A stretch of DNA of 64,000 bases from Nitrospirales bacterium (GTDB lineage Bacteria; Nitrospirota; Nitrospiria; Nitrospirales; UBA8639): assembly GCA_965203295.1 (NCBI GenBank), contig CBDBCZ010000019.1:1632001-1696000 (forward strand). Reading direction: 5' to 3'. The translations under genes and the position numbers were made by a program. Within the stretch, counting starts at the first letter, position 1. Every line of letters starts with the position of its first letter. The notes beneath the pieces were generated by a model, which was not told the DNA's origin, ran no database searches, and saw nothing but the letters and a program-made list of their open reading frames with translations. Of the stretch, positions 1 to 10,056 are shown piece after piece.

Positions 1-1941
1 GTCCATTCGATCAAAAACAAACTGTTTTCCATCTTGAAATCTCACATCAAATGACAATGTGCCAGGCACTCCGCTTACCTTATGAAAAAACTGCGCCGCA
101 GAAATATCTGCGTTTTCCAAATTTATGATTCCGGAGATCTTTGGCTTATCCAAAAGTCCAGAGAGGGCTAGCCAGCTATCGAGTATGCCACTTAGATAGC
201 GCGCTACATGAGAATAGCCTGGGAATTCAGCTATGAGGTCCTGCGTCTGGAATTTACCTCTGATTTCAAGATCTTCAAATCTATTCGTTTCTTCAAAACG
301 CAGTTTACCCCTGAGGTTAAACGGGCTCTTACCCATCATGCCGTCTAACGGCTCAAAACTGACATCCATCATAGAAAACCTGATGGTTCCTGTAAGATCC
401 ATCAAAGGGGTTGCCACACCAGGAAATTTGATGGTCGTCCCTCTAGGCTGATAGACAGCGTCTTGGAATTCAAATTCATCGAGTTGCTGTAAAGGGCCAG
501 CGAATCGGATCGAGAGTGCTCCTCCACCATTCAGACCCTGAAGCCCCCGGTAAAAATGTGCCGCTTTCGAATGTGCAAACACTTTTCTGAGAATCCTAAA
601 CAAGGTTTTTACGGAGACATTCCCATTTAGTTCGGTTGCTAACCAGGGACCCGCTTCTCTGAATTCAATAAGTCCACTGGCAGGGGCAACCTGAATCGAA
701 TTATAAAGACCCTGGAAATCAGAGAATCGGATCTGATCCGGTTGCAGGGAAATCAAACCGTTGACATTTTGCGCGACTCCCCAGGTATCCCCTAGATTCA
801 ATCTTCCCCGTTCCAATCGAAATTTCCCAACAGTAGAAAATCGAACATCAGAGCGAAGGCTCCCTGTAATAGTCGCTGAGACGACTTGAATCGTCCCTCC
901 AATTTTCCCTCGCGCAATAGCGTTTTGAAGGGCGGTTGGGAAGATATGCGGAGGAAGAAGGTACTTCAGACTACCTAATTCAACCGGTTGAGTTGCGACT
1001 GCAAGAGAGATCCTTGGTGACTCAGTGGTCATGAGCCCCGAGACGTTCACATTACCGGTTGCGGCAACAACCTGACTTTGCATTTCGAAGTTATTCAGAT
1101 CAAACTCATACCCCTGATTTCCAGGTCCGAATCGAAATTCTCCTTGTATGTTAGTCAAACCATGCATGGTCAACGCAGAGGAATCAATTTCGAAAAATTG
1201 ACTCATTTGTGCCAAATCAAATGAGGTGATATTGATCAATCCAGAAACCTGGACGGGAGCACGAACTTTGCTCTGTATTTGTGCAACCTGTGAAGGAAAC
1301 GGCCCTTGCTGAATCGTTCCACTCACAGAAAAAGTTGTTTTTTGATCTCGATTTGACATGTTTCCTGACAGCACGAAATTACGTGCATTTGAGCCTGCCA
1401 ATTTTGTTGCATTCACTCGAATGTTGTGCATCCGAAAGATGTTAAGATCCTGGGGGTGAGAATCATCCACTAATATCAATACGCCGTGGTTAATGTGGAT
1501 GGTTGGGATAATAAATAAGCTGGAGAGGCCAGTGGGTTTTGTGTCGAGTTGCGTCCTGGAGGTTGGAAAAGACCAGTCACCTTGTCGGTTGCGAACGAGG
1601 GTGAGTTTGGGTTGTTCGAGTTGTATTTTTTGAGGAACTAATTGATGGAGAAACGCGGAGAGAAGACCAAAATCAACAATAACCCGAGAGGCGTGAAAGA
1701 ACGACGAACCCTCTTCTTCTATCCCCAGAGTCACATCACCTAATTCCATCCTCAGATGGGGGAAAAGAGCACCACTGACTTCTCCAATCCTGATTTTTTG
1801 TCCAAATCTTTGATCAATTTGCTCAAGGGCTAATCGGCGAAGAGACTCTGCTCCATAAAAAAAGTAAAATGCAATCAACACAGCAGCCGTGACAAGAACC
1901 ATTCCCAGAAATGCTGTAAAAACCTTCGATCTGCGCTTCAC
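1..1941 (-). CDS. AsmA-family membrane-anchored protein, 5' part (runs off window edge)
   Basis: GTG at 1941 with upstream GGAG; N-terminal TM segment (VFTAFLGMVLVTAAVLIAFYFF) followed by beta-rich AsmA-like sequence; probably missing from the ORF track because its stop lies outside the window. Confidence 0.7.
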   Translation of the reverse strand, partial: MKRRSKVFTAFLGMVLVTAAVLIAFYFFYGAESLRRLALEQIDQRFGQKIRIGEVSGALFPHLRMELGDVTLGIEEEGSSFFHASRVIVDFGLLSAFLHQLVPQKIQLEQPKLTLVRNRQGDWSFPTSRTQLDTKPTGLSSLFIIPTIHINHGVLILVDDSHPQDLNIFRMHNIRVNATKLAGSNARNFVLSGNMSNRDQKTTFSVSGTIQQGPFPSQVAQIQSKVRAPVQVSGLINITSFDLAQMSQFFEIDSSALTMHGLTNIQGEFRFGPGNQGYEFDLNNFEMQSQVVAATGNVNVSGLMTTESPRISLAVATQPVELGSLKYLLPPHIFPTALQNAIARGKIGGTIQVVSATITGSLRSDVRFSTVGKFRLERGRLNLGDTWGVAQNVNGLISLQPDQIRFSDFQGLYNSIQVAPASGLIEFREAGPWLATELNGNVSVKTLFRILRKVFAHSKAAHFYRGLQGLNGGGALSIRFAGPLQQLDEFEFQDAVYQPRGTTIKFPGVATPLMDLTGTIRFSMMDVSFEPLDGMMGKSPFNLRGKLRFEETNRFEDLEIRGKFQTQDLIAEFPGYSHVARYLSGILDSWLALSGLLDKPKISGIINLENADISAAQFFHKVSGVPGTLSFDVRFQDGKQFVFDRMD

Positions 1942-2272
1942 TTATTGACTCCAAACTGGAAAGGACATACTAGTGGTTTCATCTTACAGAAATTTCACGG
2001 GCATATCTATTTTATAGGTTTTTTGAAATGTGCGCGCATTCATCAGCAAGAACAGTTGAGGATTGAACTGATTCTTAAACATCAATGTTGGTGGCAGGGC
2101 ATGTTTTTTTCACCAAAACCCTGAGAAGAAGTCGCACTCCTTATCTGCTTGACACCCAACAAGACTGATAGATACCTTACTTCTTTCATGGCTTTACATG
2201 ACACACTTTCTCTTGAAAAATTTTCCAGTTGCAACATCCCGTTTTCTCGATGATGAGTTGCACTGATCATTT

Positions 2273-3154
2273 ATGGCTATGAATACGACATATCGTTCCC
2301 CTCGTCTATCGATATCCCGTTCACTGACCGCATCCCTTCTTCGTCTCTATGACTACCCTGACCCACAAAAACCTGGACGTTTGATAAAGGGTTATGATAA
2401 GCAGCATGCTCTTCGGACTGCAAAAATGAGCGCTGCGGTTGCGCGACAATTGGGATTTCAACAGCCCGTCCTCACCCAATATGAAATATCCTGCCTTCTT
2501 CATGACCTGGGCCGGACTGGACTCGACCATACCTTGTTTGGTTGCATTTGGTCATGGGTACGGACCAATGGAGTTCCAACCAGACCTGCCGAATGGAGAA
2601 CCAAATATCCTCAGACACCCTATGGAAAAGAAACGGAGGCTTTCATTACACGATATCGGCACCAATTAGAACGTCATGGCATCACGATGGATTCTTGGGC
2701 TTGCGAGCAAATCGAGATGCGGTTAGGTTTCGGCAGACGATTAAAGCGGCACATTCGGATGGTACGCCCAACACTGAAACAGTTAGGAGTCAATTGGGCT
2801 CCTTGGATGGAAAAAATCATGCTGTATTACTATTATCCAGAAAAGCTCATCAGTGCTTCATCCTGGGTCCGTCAACTCGGTGAAGTTCTTGTGGCCTGCG
2901 AACAATTGGAAGCTTATAGTAATCGACAGCGTGGACGAGATTATTATACGAGGACAAAGGAAAGTTTTACCGATGCGTTTCGTTATTTGGATTCCTTGAA
3001 AAAGCGTGGCGTTCTTACCGAACCTGTTGTGAAAACCATTTATGGACTTGTAAAAGAAGGACGCTTCGATTCGCTCCTTCAATCAGCTTGTGGAAGACAT
3101 TTTTCATTGAAAGAGATCCGACTTCTTCGAACTCTTCCTCTGAGGGAAACGTAA
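2273..3154 (+). CDS. HD-domain-like conserved hypothetical protein
   Basis: 293 aa; H (KQHALRTA) and LLHDLGR motif; stop overlaps the next start (TAATG). Confidence 0.65.
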   Translation: MAMNTTYRSPRLSISRSLTASLLRLYDYPDPQKPGRLIKGYDKQHALRTAKMSAAVARQLGFQQPVLTQYEISCLLHDLGRTGLDHTLFGCIWSWVRTNGVPTRPAEWRTKYPQTPYGKETEAFITRYRHQLERHGITMDSWACEQIEMRLGFGRRLKRHIRMVRPTLKQLGVNWAPWMEKIMLYYYYPEKLISASSWVRQLGEVLVACEQLEAYSNRQRGRDYYTRTKESFTDAFRYLDSLKKRGVLTEPVVKTIYGLVKEGRFDSLLQSACGRHFSLKEIRLLRTLPLRET

Positions 3155-3457
3155 TGTCTGTCATTACCCGCTCTCTTGAAATTTCTATGTCCGGAAAAAC
3201 GGATATTGAAAATATTACGATGCCTGTTGAACAGGCCTTGGGCACCACTTATGGACTTGTAAAAGAAGGACGCTTCGATTCGCTCCTTCAATCAGCTTGT
3301 GGAAGACATTTTTCATTGAAAGAGATCCGACTTCTTCGAACTCTTCCTCTGAGGGAAACGTAATGTCTGTCATTACCCGCTCTCTTGAAATTTCTATGTC
3401 CGGAAAAACGGATATTGAAAATATTACGATGCCTGTTGAACAGGCCTTGGGCACCAC
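3040..3457. repeat. Exact 209-bp tandem duplication (3040-3248 / 3249-3457)
   Basis: TTATGGACTTG...GGGCACCAC repeated with offset 209; microhomology ACCA(T/C)TT at the junction. Confidence 0.95.
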
Positions 3458-3785
3458 TGGGTTGCAGTCGGGAATTGTGACGATTTTTCTGAAGCACACC
3501 ACCGCTTCAGTGCTCATCATTGAAGATGAGCCAGGAATCAGAGAGGATACGCAGATGCTTTGGGATCGTTTAATTCCTGCTGATCCCTTACTCAAGCATA
3601 ATACCCTCAATAAAGGAGAAAATAACGCCCATAGTCACTTACGCGGTCAGGTGCAAGGGGTCTTCCTCACGATTCCTTTTTCGAACAGCCAATTGACCTT
3701 GGGAATCTGGCAACAGATTGTCATCGTTGATTTTGACACGCGAGGGAGAACACGCCAAGTCGTTCTTCAATTCATAGGGGAATGA
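3363..3785 (+). CDS. yjbQ: YjbQ/UPF0047 secondary thiamine-phosphate synthase family
   Basis: HTTAS, NAHSHLR, LGIWQQIVIVDFD motifs; ATG at 3363 coupled via TAATG. Confidence 0.85.
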   Translation: MSVITRSLEISMSGKTDIENITMPVEQALGTTGLQSGIVTIFLKHTTASVLIIEDEPGIREDTQMLWDRLIPADPLLKHNTLNKGENNAHSHLRGQVQGVFLTIPFSNSQLTLGIWQQIVIVDFDTRGRTRQVVLQFIGE

Positions 3786-3880
3786 TCATCCACAAACAGC
3801 AGCCTCGCTTTTTTCATGATTCGCCCTTCCCAAGTTTCCATACGAGACTTTCAATGTTTCCGTAAAGAGGAACCAACGCC

Positions 3881-5013
3881 TTGTTGACTACTGACCTCGT
3901 GTTCATTCGACTCTTGAGCATATGGATTGTGAGATTTGTGTGCCTTGGTCTCCTGACTCTGGCCATCGGCGATAGAGTTAATCCCCTTGGGTTTCAAGAC
4001 ACTAAGCCAGTCAGGAATCTCCATGCTCTAACGCCAACACCAATCCGTTTTAGTCCTGAAGAGCAAGCAACAATCGATATCTTTGAAAAAATCTCTAAAT
4101 CAGTGGTGTTTATCACCAATACGAGTATTCGAAGAGATTTTTGGTCTTTCAACACCTTTGAGGTACCGCAGGGAGGAGGCTCTGGATTTGTTTTGAATCG
4201 TCAGGGGCACATTGTCACCTGTTTCCATGTGATCTACAGAGCTGACTCCATCAAGGTGATATTAAATGATCAGTCAGCCTACTCCGCCAAAGTCGTGGGA
4301 GTGGACCCAGACCACGATATTGCGGTTTTAAAGATTCAGGCTCCGGAAAAGAAATTAATTCCTATGGAGTTAGGCCGGTCACACAATCTTCGTGTTGGCC
4401 AAAAAGTTCTTGCTATCGGTAATCCATTTCGATTGGATTACACGTTGACCACAGGGATCATCAGTGCCCTGGGGAGATCGATCCAATCCATCAACGGACT
4501 ATTGAAGGAATCATCCAAACTGACGCGGCCATTAATCCTGGAAGTTCCGGTGGGCCATTGTTGGATAGCAGTGGACGACTTATTGGCATCAATACCCAAA
4601 TTGTCAGTCCGAGTGGTGCATTTGCTGGGATAGGATTCGCCGTTCCGGTGAACACGGTGAAACGTGTTGTTCCTCAACTCATCAAATTCGGCAAAATCAT
4701 TCGCCCAAGCATTGGGGTATCAATCCTTCACGACTCGATAGCCTCGCGATGGAGGATTCAGAGATTAATCATCGCTAAGGTTCAACCAGGAGGACCTGCA
4801 GACCGTGCTGGCTTGCAAAGTATTCAAGAAACTCGAATAGGGCGGTTAAAACTTAGTGATATCATCACAAAAGTTGATGGCAAATCTGTCAATCGGGTCG
4901 ATGATTTGGCTCGAATCTTAGATCGACACAGAGTGGGCGAAGAGATCACATTCGAAATTCGAAGGAATGGAGAACTCCAAAACATTTCGATGATTCTCGA
5001 AAGGTTAGATTAG
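3881..5013 (+). pseudogene. HtrA/DegP-like trypsin protease with PDZ domain, frameshifted near 4497
   Basis: [21 protein letters not shown] in the first [18 protein letters not shown] and PDZ in the shifted frame; start uncertain. Confidence 0.8.
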
Positions 5014-5015
5014 CA

Positions 5016-5550
5016 GTGTGGGTAATAGACATCATTTCAATTTGTTGATGGCCTTATCGATTGTGTAATTCTGCACCCGCAGTAGCTCTTGGTAACGATG
5101 TCTGTTAACCCCACATCTTCAACAAAAGACTTGACCCCTCAATGACCCCTCAACCTAATGTTAAACAATAGGCTTGACCCATTACCTGTACCTGACCCCT
5201 TACCCGCCTATGATCAACCGAGCACAATAGGGAGCGCGGATGGGGATTCTAAATACGGATGCGGATGGGCAGACGCTGTGGGGTGAAACAAAACAAGAGG
5301 TCAGATGTGTGATTCATAGACATCGTTTCAACTATGATTGAGGCTCGTTTTTAGGGAAATGCAATGGAGGCAGGAGCGGGGACAGATTTATCGAGAAACT
5401 GATAAGAGAGGAAAATGCATCGATTTCAACGATCAATTGCCATTTGCGACAAAGTCCACTGGAGCTCAATTACCGACCGAGTCACTCCATAACCCCATTT
5501 CCCTGACAGACACCAGCAGAGAAAATTGAAACCATCTCTGTGAATCACAC
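5016..5550. mobile_element. Non-coding IS remnant/MITE with about 25-bp imperfect TIRs and 9-bp direct repeats
   Basis: AGATTAGCA at 5007-5015 and 5551-5559; left end GTGTGGGTAATAGACATCATTTCAA, right end TTGAAACCATCTCTGTGAATCACAC; internal second left end at 5306-5331. Confidence 0.7.
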
Positions 5551-5595
5551 AGATTAGCAGTCCACATATCTCGTACAGAGAGACTCTTAATACGA

Positions 5596-8199
5596 TTATT
5601 CCTCATGTTTTCCTCTGTTGGGAATTATCACAATTTGTCTATCCTTCACATCAACCGTGGCAGTATCGCCATACCTAACCTCTCCTTTAACCAAGAGTTT
5701 TGACAAGGGAGTCTCTATATCGTGTTGGATAAGTCGCTTAAGAGGGCGAGCTCCATAGATATGATCGTATCCTCGCTCTGCCAAATTCTCGATAGCCTCC
5801 TTGGTGATGTCCAAGGAAATACGACGATCCTCGAGCCTGCTTTGCAACCTCGTCAATTGAATCGTCGCAATCTTCCCAAGTTCTTCTGGCGTTAATGGGT
5901 GGAACACGACCGTTTCATCCACGCGATTCAGAAACTCTGGTCGGAAATGATGTCCGACTTCAGCCAGAATAATGTCACGCAGCTCCTTAAAAGACCGCCC
6001 CTGCTGTTGGGCATTCAAAATCTCATGACTTCCGATATTGGAAGTCATGATCAAAACCGTATTTTTACAGTCGACTGTCCGTCCCTGAGAATCGGTCAAT
6101 CGCCCATCGTCTAAAACTTGAAGTAATACATTAAATACATCGTGATGCGCTTTTTCTATCTCATCTAAAAGAATAACTGAAAACGGGCGACGTCTTACGG
6201 CTTCGGTTAACTGGCCACCTTCTTCATACCCGACATAACCGGGCGGAGCTCCTATGAGCCGTGAGACTGTATGTTTTTCCATATATTCGGACATATCTAT
6301 AAACACTAAGTTATTTTCGTCGTTAAATAGAGTCCCAGCTAAGGCACGGGCTAATTCTGTCTTCCCTACTCCAGTGGGGCCCAAGAACAGAAACGATCCA
6401 ATCGGGCGGTTTGGATCTTTGATGCCAGAACGCGCCCGCAAGATTGCTTCAGCGACGGCTTGGACACCTTCCTCTTGCCCAACGACACGACGGTAAAGGA
6501 GGTCATCTAAATGCAATAGTTTTTCCATCTCGCTCTGAAGCAGACGATTCACAGGGATCCCCGTCCACCGGCTGACGACTTCGGCAATATCTTCTTCATC
6601 CACTTCTTCTTTCAAGAGGCGATTTTCCCTGTGTTCCCCACCAAGGTGCTGTTCCTCGGCTTGAAGCTCTCGTTCCAATCGAGGCAAAGTTCCGTACCGT
6701 AACTCAGCGACGCGATTGAGGTCATATTCCCGTTCCGATCGTTCAATCTGATGCTTAACCTCATCAATTTGTTGTCGAAATTGATGAAGCCGCCCCACTG
6801 ACGACTTTTCGGCTTCCCATTGTTCCTTCAAGGTATCCAGTTCTTTCTTCTTCGTGTTCAACTCCAATTCCAATGTCTCGAGACGAGCCTGGCTGGCAGG
6901 ATCGGTCTCTTTTTTCAGGGCCTCTCGTTCGATTTCTAATTGCAGAACCTTTCGTGAAATCTCATCGAGTTCTACCGGCATGCTATCAATCTCAGTCCGC
7001 AAACGGGCTGCGGCTTCATCGATTAAATCAATAGCTTTATCCGGGAGAAATCGATCAACAATATAACGGTTGGAAAGCTTGGCGGCAGCGACCAGAGCAG
7101 CATCCTTAATACGCACTCCATGGTGAACTTCATACCGTTCGTTGAGACCACGAAGAATTGAGATCGTATTTTCTACTGAAGGTTGTTCGACAAATACGGG
7201 TTGGAAGCGTCGTTCAAGAGCGGCATCTTTTTCGATATGCTTACGGAATTCATCGAGAGTCGTAGCCCCAATAAGGTGAAGTTCTCCCCGTGCGAGCATG
7301 GGTTTGAGCAAATTCGCTGCATCCATAGCCCCTTCAGCCGCTCCCGCTCCTACTACAGTATGCAATTCATCAATAAATAACAGGACCTGGCCTTGTGAGG
7401 ATTGGATCTCTTTTAGGACAGCCTTTAACCGTTCCTCAAACTCCCCACGAAATTTCGCACCTGCGACTAACGCTCCCATATCTAAAACGACGACTCTTTT
7501 TTGCTTTAATCCTTCAGGAACATCACCTTTGACAATCCGCTGGGCCAGTCCTTCGACAATGGCGGTCTTGCCCACTCCTGGCTCCCCGATTAACACCGGG
7601 TTGTTTTTCGTTCGCCGGGACAGGATTTGGATCACCCGTCTGATTTCTTCATCTCGTCCCACGACCGGGTCAAGTTTCCCTTGAGACGCCAATTTGGTGA
7701 GATCCCGCCCATATTTTTCCAAAGCCTGATAAGTACCTTCGGGATCTTGGCTCGTCACTCGCTGATTTCCCCGAACCTGATGAAGTCCCTCCAGTAACTT
7801 GTCTCTTGTCACACCCACCTGCTTGAGGACCCCGCCCTCTTCCGCCATGGCCAGAAGCACATGCTCGACACTCAGGTAGTCGTCATGTAACCCTTTCCTT
7901 TCAATTTCAGCCTGGGATAAGACCTTCCCCATTCGAGGGGCCAAATGAACTTGGCCTGGTCCCCCACCAACAGCCTGGACTTGGGGCAATTTTTTTAAGG
8001 CCTGTTCAACAGCTGTCTTCACTGCTGCCGTGGATTTGCCTGCCTGCTCAAGAATAGGACTTGCCGACCCATCGGTCTGTTCAAGCAGAGCCAACAAGAG
8101 GTGTTCCACATCGATCCCTTGATGATTGTGGTGCATAGCCACGGCAGATGCAGCCTGAAGGCCTTCCTGCATTTTTAACGTCATCTGATTCATATCCAC
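5596..8199 (-). CDS. clpB: ATP-dependent chaperone ClpB
   Basis: 867 aa; two Walker A motifs ([16 protein letters not shown]), coiled-coil M domain, GARPL. Confidence 0.97.
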   Translation of the reverse strand: MDMNQMTLKMQEGLQAASAVAMHHNHQGIDVEHLLLALLEQTDGSASPILEQAGKSTAAVKTAVEQALKKLPQVQAVGGGPGQVHLAPRMGKVLSQAEIERKGLHDDYLSVEHVLLAMAEEGGVLKQVGVTRDKLLEGLHQVRGNQRVTSQDPEGTYQALEKYGRDLTKLASQGKLDPVVGRDEEIRRVIQILSRRTKNNPVLIGEPGVGKTAIVEGLAQRIVKGDVPEGLKQKRVVVLDMGALVAGAKFRGEFEERLKAVLKEIQSSQGQVLLFIDELHTVVGAGAAEGAMDAANLLKPMLARGELHLIGATTLDEFRKHIEKDAALERRFQPVFVEQPSVENTISILRGLNERYEVHHGVRIKDAALVAAAKLSNRYIVDRFLPDKAIDLIDEAAARLRTEIDSMPVELDEISRKVLQLEIEREALKKETDPASQARLETLELELNTKKKELDTLKEQWEAEKSSVGRLHQFRQQIDEVKHQIERSEREYDLNRVAELRYGTLPRLERELQAEEQHLGGEHRENRLLKEEVDEEDIAEVVSRWTGIPVNRLLQSEMEKLLHLDDLLYRRVVGQEEGVQAVAEAILRARSGIKDPNRPIGSFLFLGPTGVGKTELARALAGTLFNDENNLVFIDMSEYMEKHTVSRLIGAPPGYVGYEEGGQLTEAVRRRPFSVILLDEIEKAHHDVFNVLLQVLDDGRLTDSQGRTVDCKNTVLIMTSNIGSHEILNAQQQGRSFKELRDIILAEVGHHFRPEFLNRVDETVVFHPLTPEELGKIATIQLTRLQSRLEDRRISLDITKEAIENLAERGYDHIYGARPLKRLIQHDIETPLSKLLVKGEVRYGDTATVDVKDRQIVIIPNRGKHEE

Positions 8200-8257
8200 G
8201 GTCTTACTACCTTCCTTTCAGGGTCATGGAGATTATGATCGCCTCACCTTAGATGGA

Positions 8258-8285
8258 AGATAACCACATTAACCGGGAGTTCAAG
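8258..8285 (-). promoter_or_regulatory. Possible heat-shock (sigma32-like) promoter of clpB
   Basis: CTTGAA-N14-GGTTATCT on the minus strand; the -10 element matches the consensus only weakly. Confidence 0.3.
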
Positions 8286-8335
8286 CCTTTGAGAGAGCAG
8301 AAAGTGTTCCAACCGCTTTTTTGTCTTCTTGAAAG

Positions 8336-9970
8336 TTATTTGGGTGGGATATTCGGAACCATTTTTTCAAAAATCTTCCGGACATGTTGAGTATGTCGAA
8401 GGTGATCATCCAAGAGGGCCTCAGCGGACTTTTCATCTCCCTTTTTAGGGTAGCCAAGACGGACCGCGCATTTTTCTATCTCCTGACGATCACTGGGGAG
8501 AGAATGGGTCTGCATATCGTGAACAATTTGTAACTTATGTTCGACATCCCGTAAGAACAGATAGGCTTCACTAAGTTTGTCGGCATCCTGTGCACGCAAA
8601 TGACCACTTTCTGTGAACCGAGTGAGAGCTTTCAGCGTGCTTCGTTCGAAAAAGCGTGCATTATTTTTGGCATGGAGAAGCTGGAGCGTTTGAGCGACAA
8701 ATTCGATTTCTCGAACTCCACCTACGCCAAGTTTTACATTGCGAGTGAGCTCCCCCTGCTGAGCCATTTTTGATTGAATTTTTTCATTAATGCTTCTGAC
8801 TTCCCGGACAATATCGTCTGAAGAGCCATCAGTCATCACCCCCAACACAAAGGGACGAACCATTCGAAGAAATTGGCTTCCAACTTTCGAAGATCCTGCC
8901 AAGGGATTCGCCTTTAAAAGTGCCATTCGTTCCCAAACTCGTCCACGGGTTTTATAATAATGCTCATAATCAGAAAGAGAACGAGTAATAGCACCAACAT
9001 CTCCTTCTGGCCGAAGCCGCAGGTCAACCCGAAACAAGAAACCTTCTGGCGTCGCTTCCGTCAACACACGAGTCAATTCCCGAGCTAAACCACAAAAGTA
9101 CTCGACATTTGGTCGTACTGTTTGCCTTGCCTGAGAGTAAGTTTCTCCATCCTCTGAACCAAAGACATAGATCAAGTCGACATCTGAGCTGTAATTGAGC
9201 TCCCATCCCCCCAGCTTGCCCAACCCAATAACCGAAAATCCGGTCTCCACAGGTCGTCCTCGGCCATCCTTGTGCATAGGCATGCCATATTGAGCCTTCA
9301 GGTCTGAATCAACCAACTCATAAGCCACCTGGATCACTAAAGAAGCAAGGTCAGAAAGGGCGGCAACCGTCATCGGAACTGTGTTAAACCGAAGTAAATC
9401 CCGAATACCAATGCGAAGCATTTCCCGCCGCTTGAATCGACGCAAGGCTTCTAACTTTGATTCATACGTTTTCACGGTCTCAAGCGTCGCTCTAAGGTTT
9501 TTTTCCAAAACCCGTGGATTTCCTCCGCGAGTCAGGACTTGCTCCTCTGCCAACCAGTACACCAAGAATGGGTCTCGGATTAGTGTTTGGGCCATAGCCG
9601 GGCTATTTCCGAATATCATACAGAGTAAATGAACCATGGGGGGGGCTTGAGCAAGATAGTCAAAAAGCTGGGATCGATGGATTCCTGATTGGAGATATCG
9701 ATCCCATTCGTTCAGCGCTTGATCTGGATCGGCGGTTTCAGCGACCGCGCTCAAGAGAAGGGGAAGGATTTTGGCGAGCAACGGACGGGAATGCGGATCT
9801 CCGGCCATCGCTTGGAAATTGGAGTCGGCAAGTTGCGAGTTGACAAATCCGTAGGGTTTAAGAAGCCTGTCCACCTCACTTGCCGTGATTCCAGAAGCAA
9901 GAAGGACTTGTTCGACTCCTGAGCCTTGAGTAACGGATTGTGGTTGGCTCGGTTTCTTCATACAAGTCAC
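8336..9970 (-). CDS. Single-domain GlnE-like nucleotidyltransferase (adenylyl-removase-type half)
   Basis: GLGKLGGWELNYSSDVDL, FRVDLRLRPEG, WER, NVKLGVGGVREIEF. Confidence 0.85.
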   Translation of the reverse strand: MTCMKKPSQPQSVTQGSGVEQVLLASGITASEVDRLLKPYGFVNSQLADSNFQAMAGDPHSRPLLAKILPLLLSAVAETADPDQALNEWDRYLQSGIHRSQLFDYLAQAPPMVHLLCMIFGNSPAMAQTLIRDPFLVYWLAEEQVLTRGGNPRVLEKNLRATLETVKTYESKLEALRRFKRREMLRIGIRDLLRFNTVPMTVAALSDLASLVIQVAYELVDSDLKAQYGMPMHKDGRGRPVETGFSVIGLGKLGGWELNYSSDVDLIYVFGSEDGETYSQARQTVRPNVEYFCGLARELTRVLTEATPEGFLFRVDLRLRPEGDVGAITRSLSDYEHYYKTRGRVWERMALLKANPLAGSSKVGSQFLRMVRPFVLGVMTDGSSDDIVREVRSINEKIQSKMAQQGELTRNVKLGVGGVREIEFVAQTLQLLHAKNNARFFERSTLKALTRFTESGHLRAQDADKLSEAYLFLRDVEHKLQIVHDMQTHSLPSDRQEIEKCAVRLGYPKKGDEKSAEALLDDHLRHTQHVRKIFEKMVPNIPPK

Positions 9971-10056
9971 AAAATATTTATGGTACTAGGAAGGAAATTA
10001 TACGGGGCCTGAGGCCCCCTTACAACGACGTTTTATTTCGGTATACTGGGACGGCA

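Noticed and set aside
3088..3363. 91-aa ORF and the extended N-terminus of 3297-3785
   Set aside because: Products of the duplication and overlap; the coupled ATGs at 3154 and 3363 are the plausible starts
5899..7684. Plus-strand ORFs inside clpB, and similar ones in glnE, gdhA, endoQ and yacL
   Set aside because: Antisense shadows of strongly supported genes
8200..8335. CIRCE operator upstream of clpB
   Set aside because: TTAGCACTC-N9-GAGTGCTAA is not present
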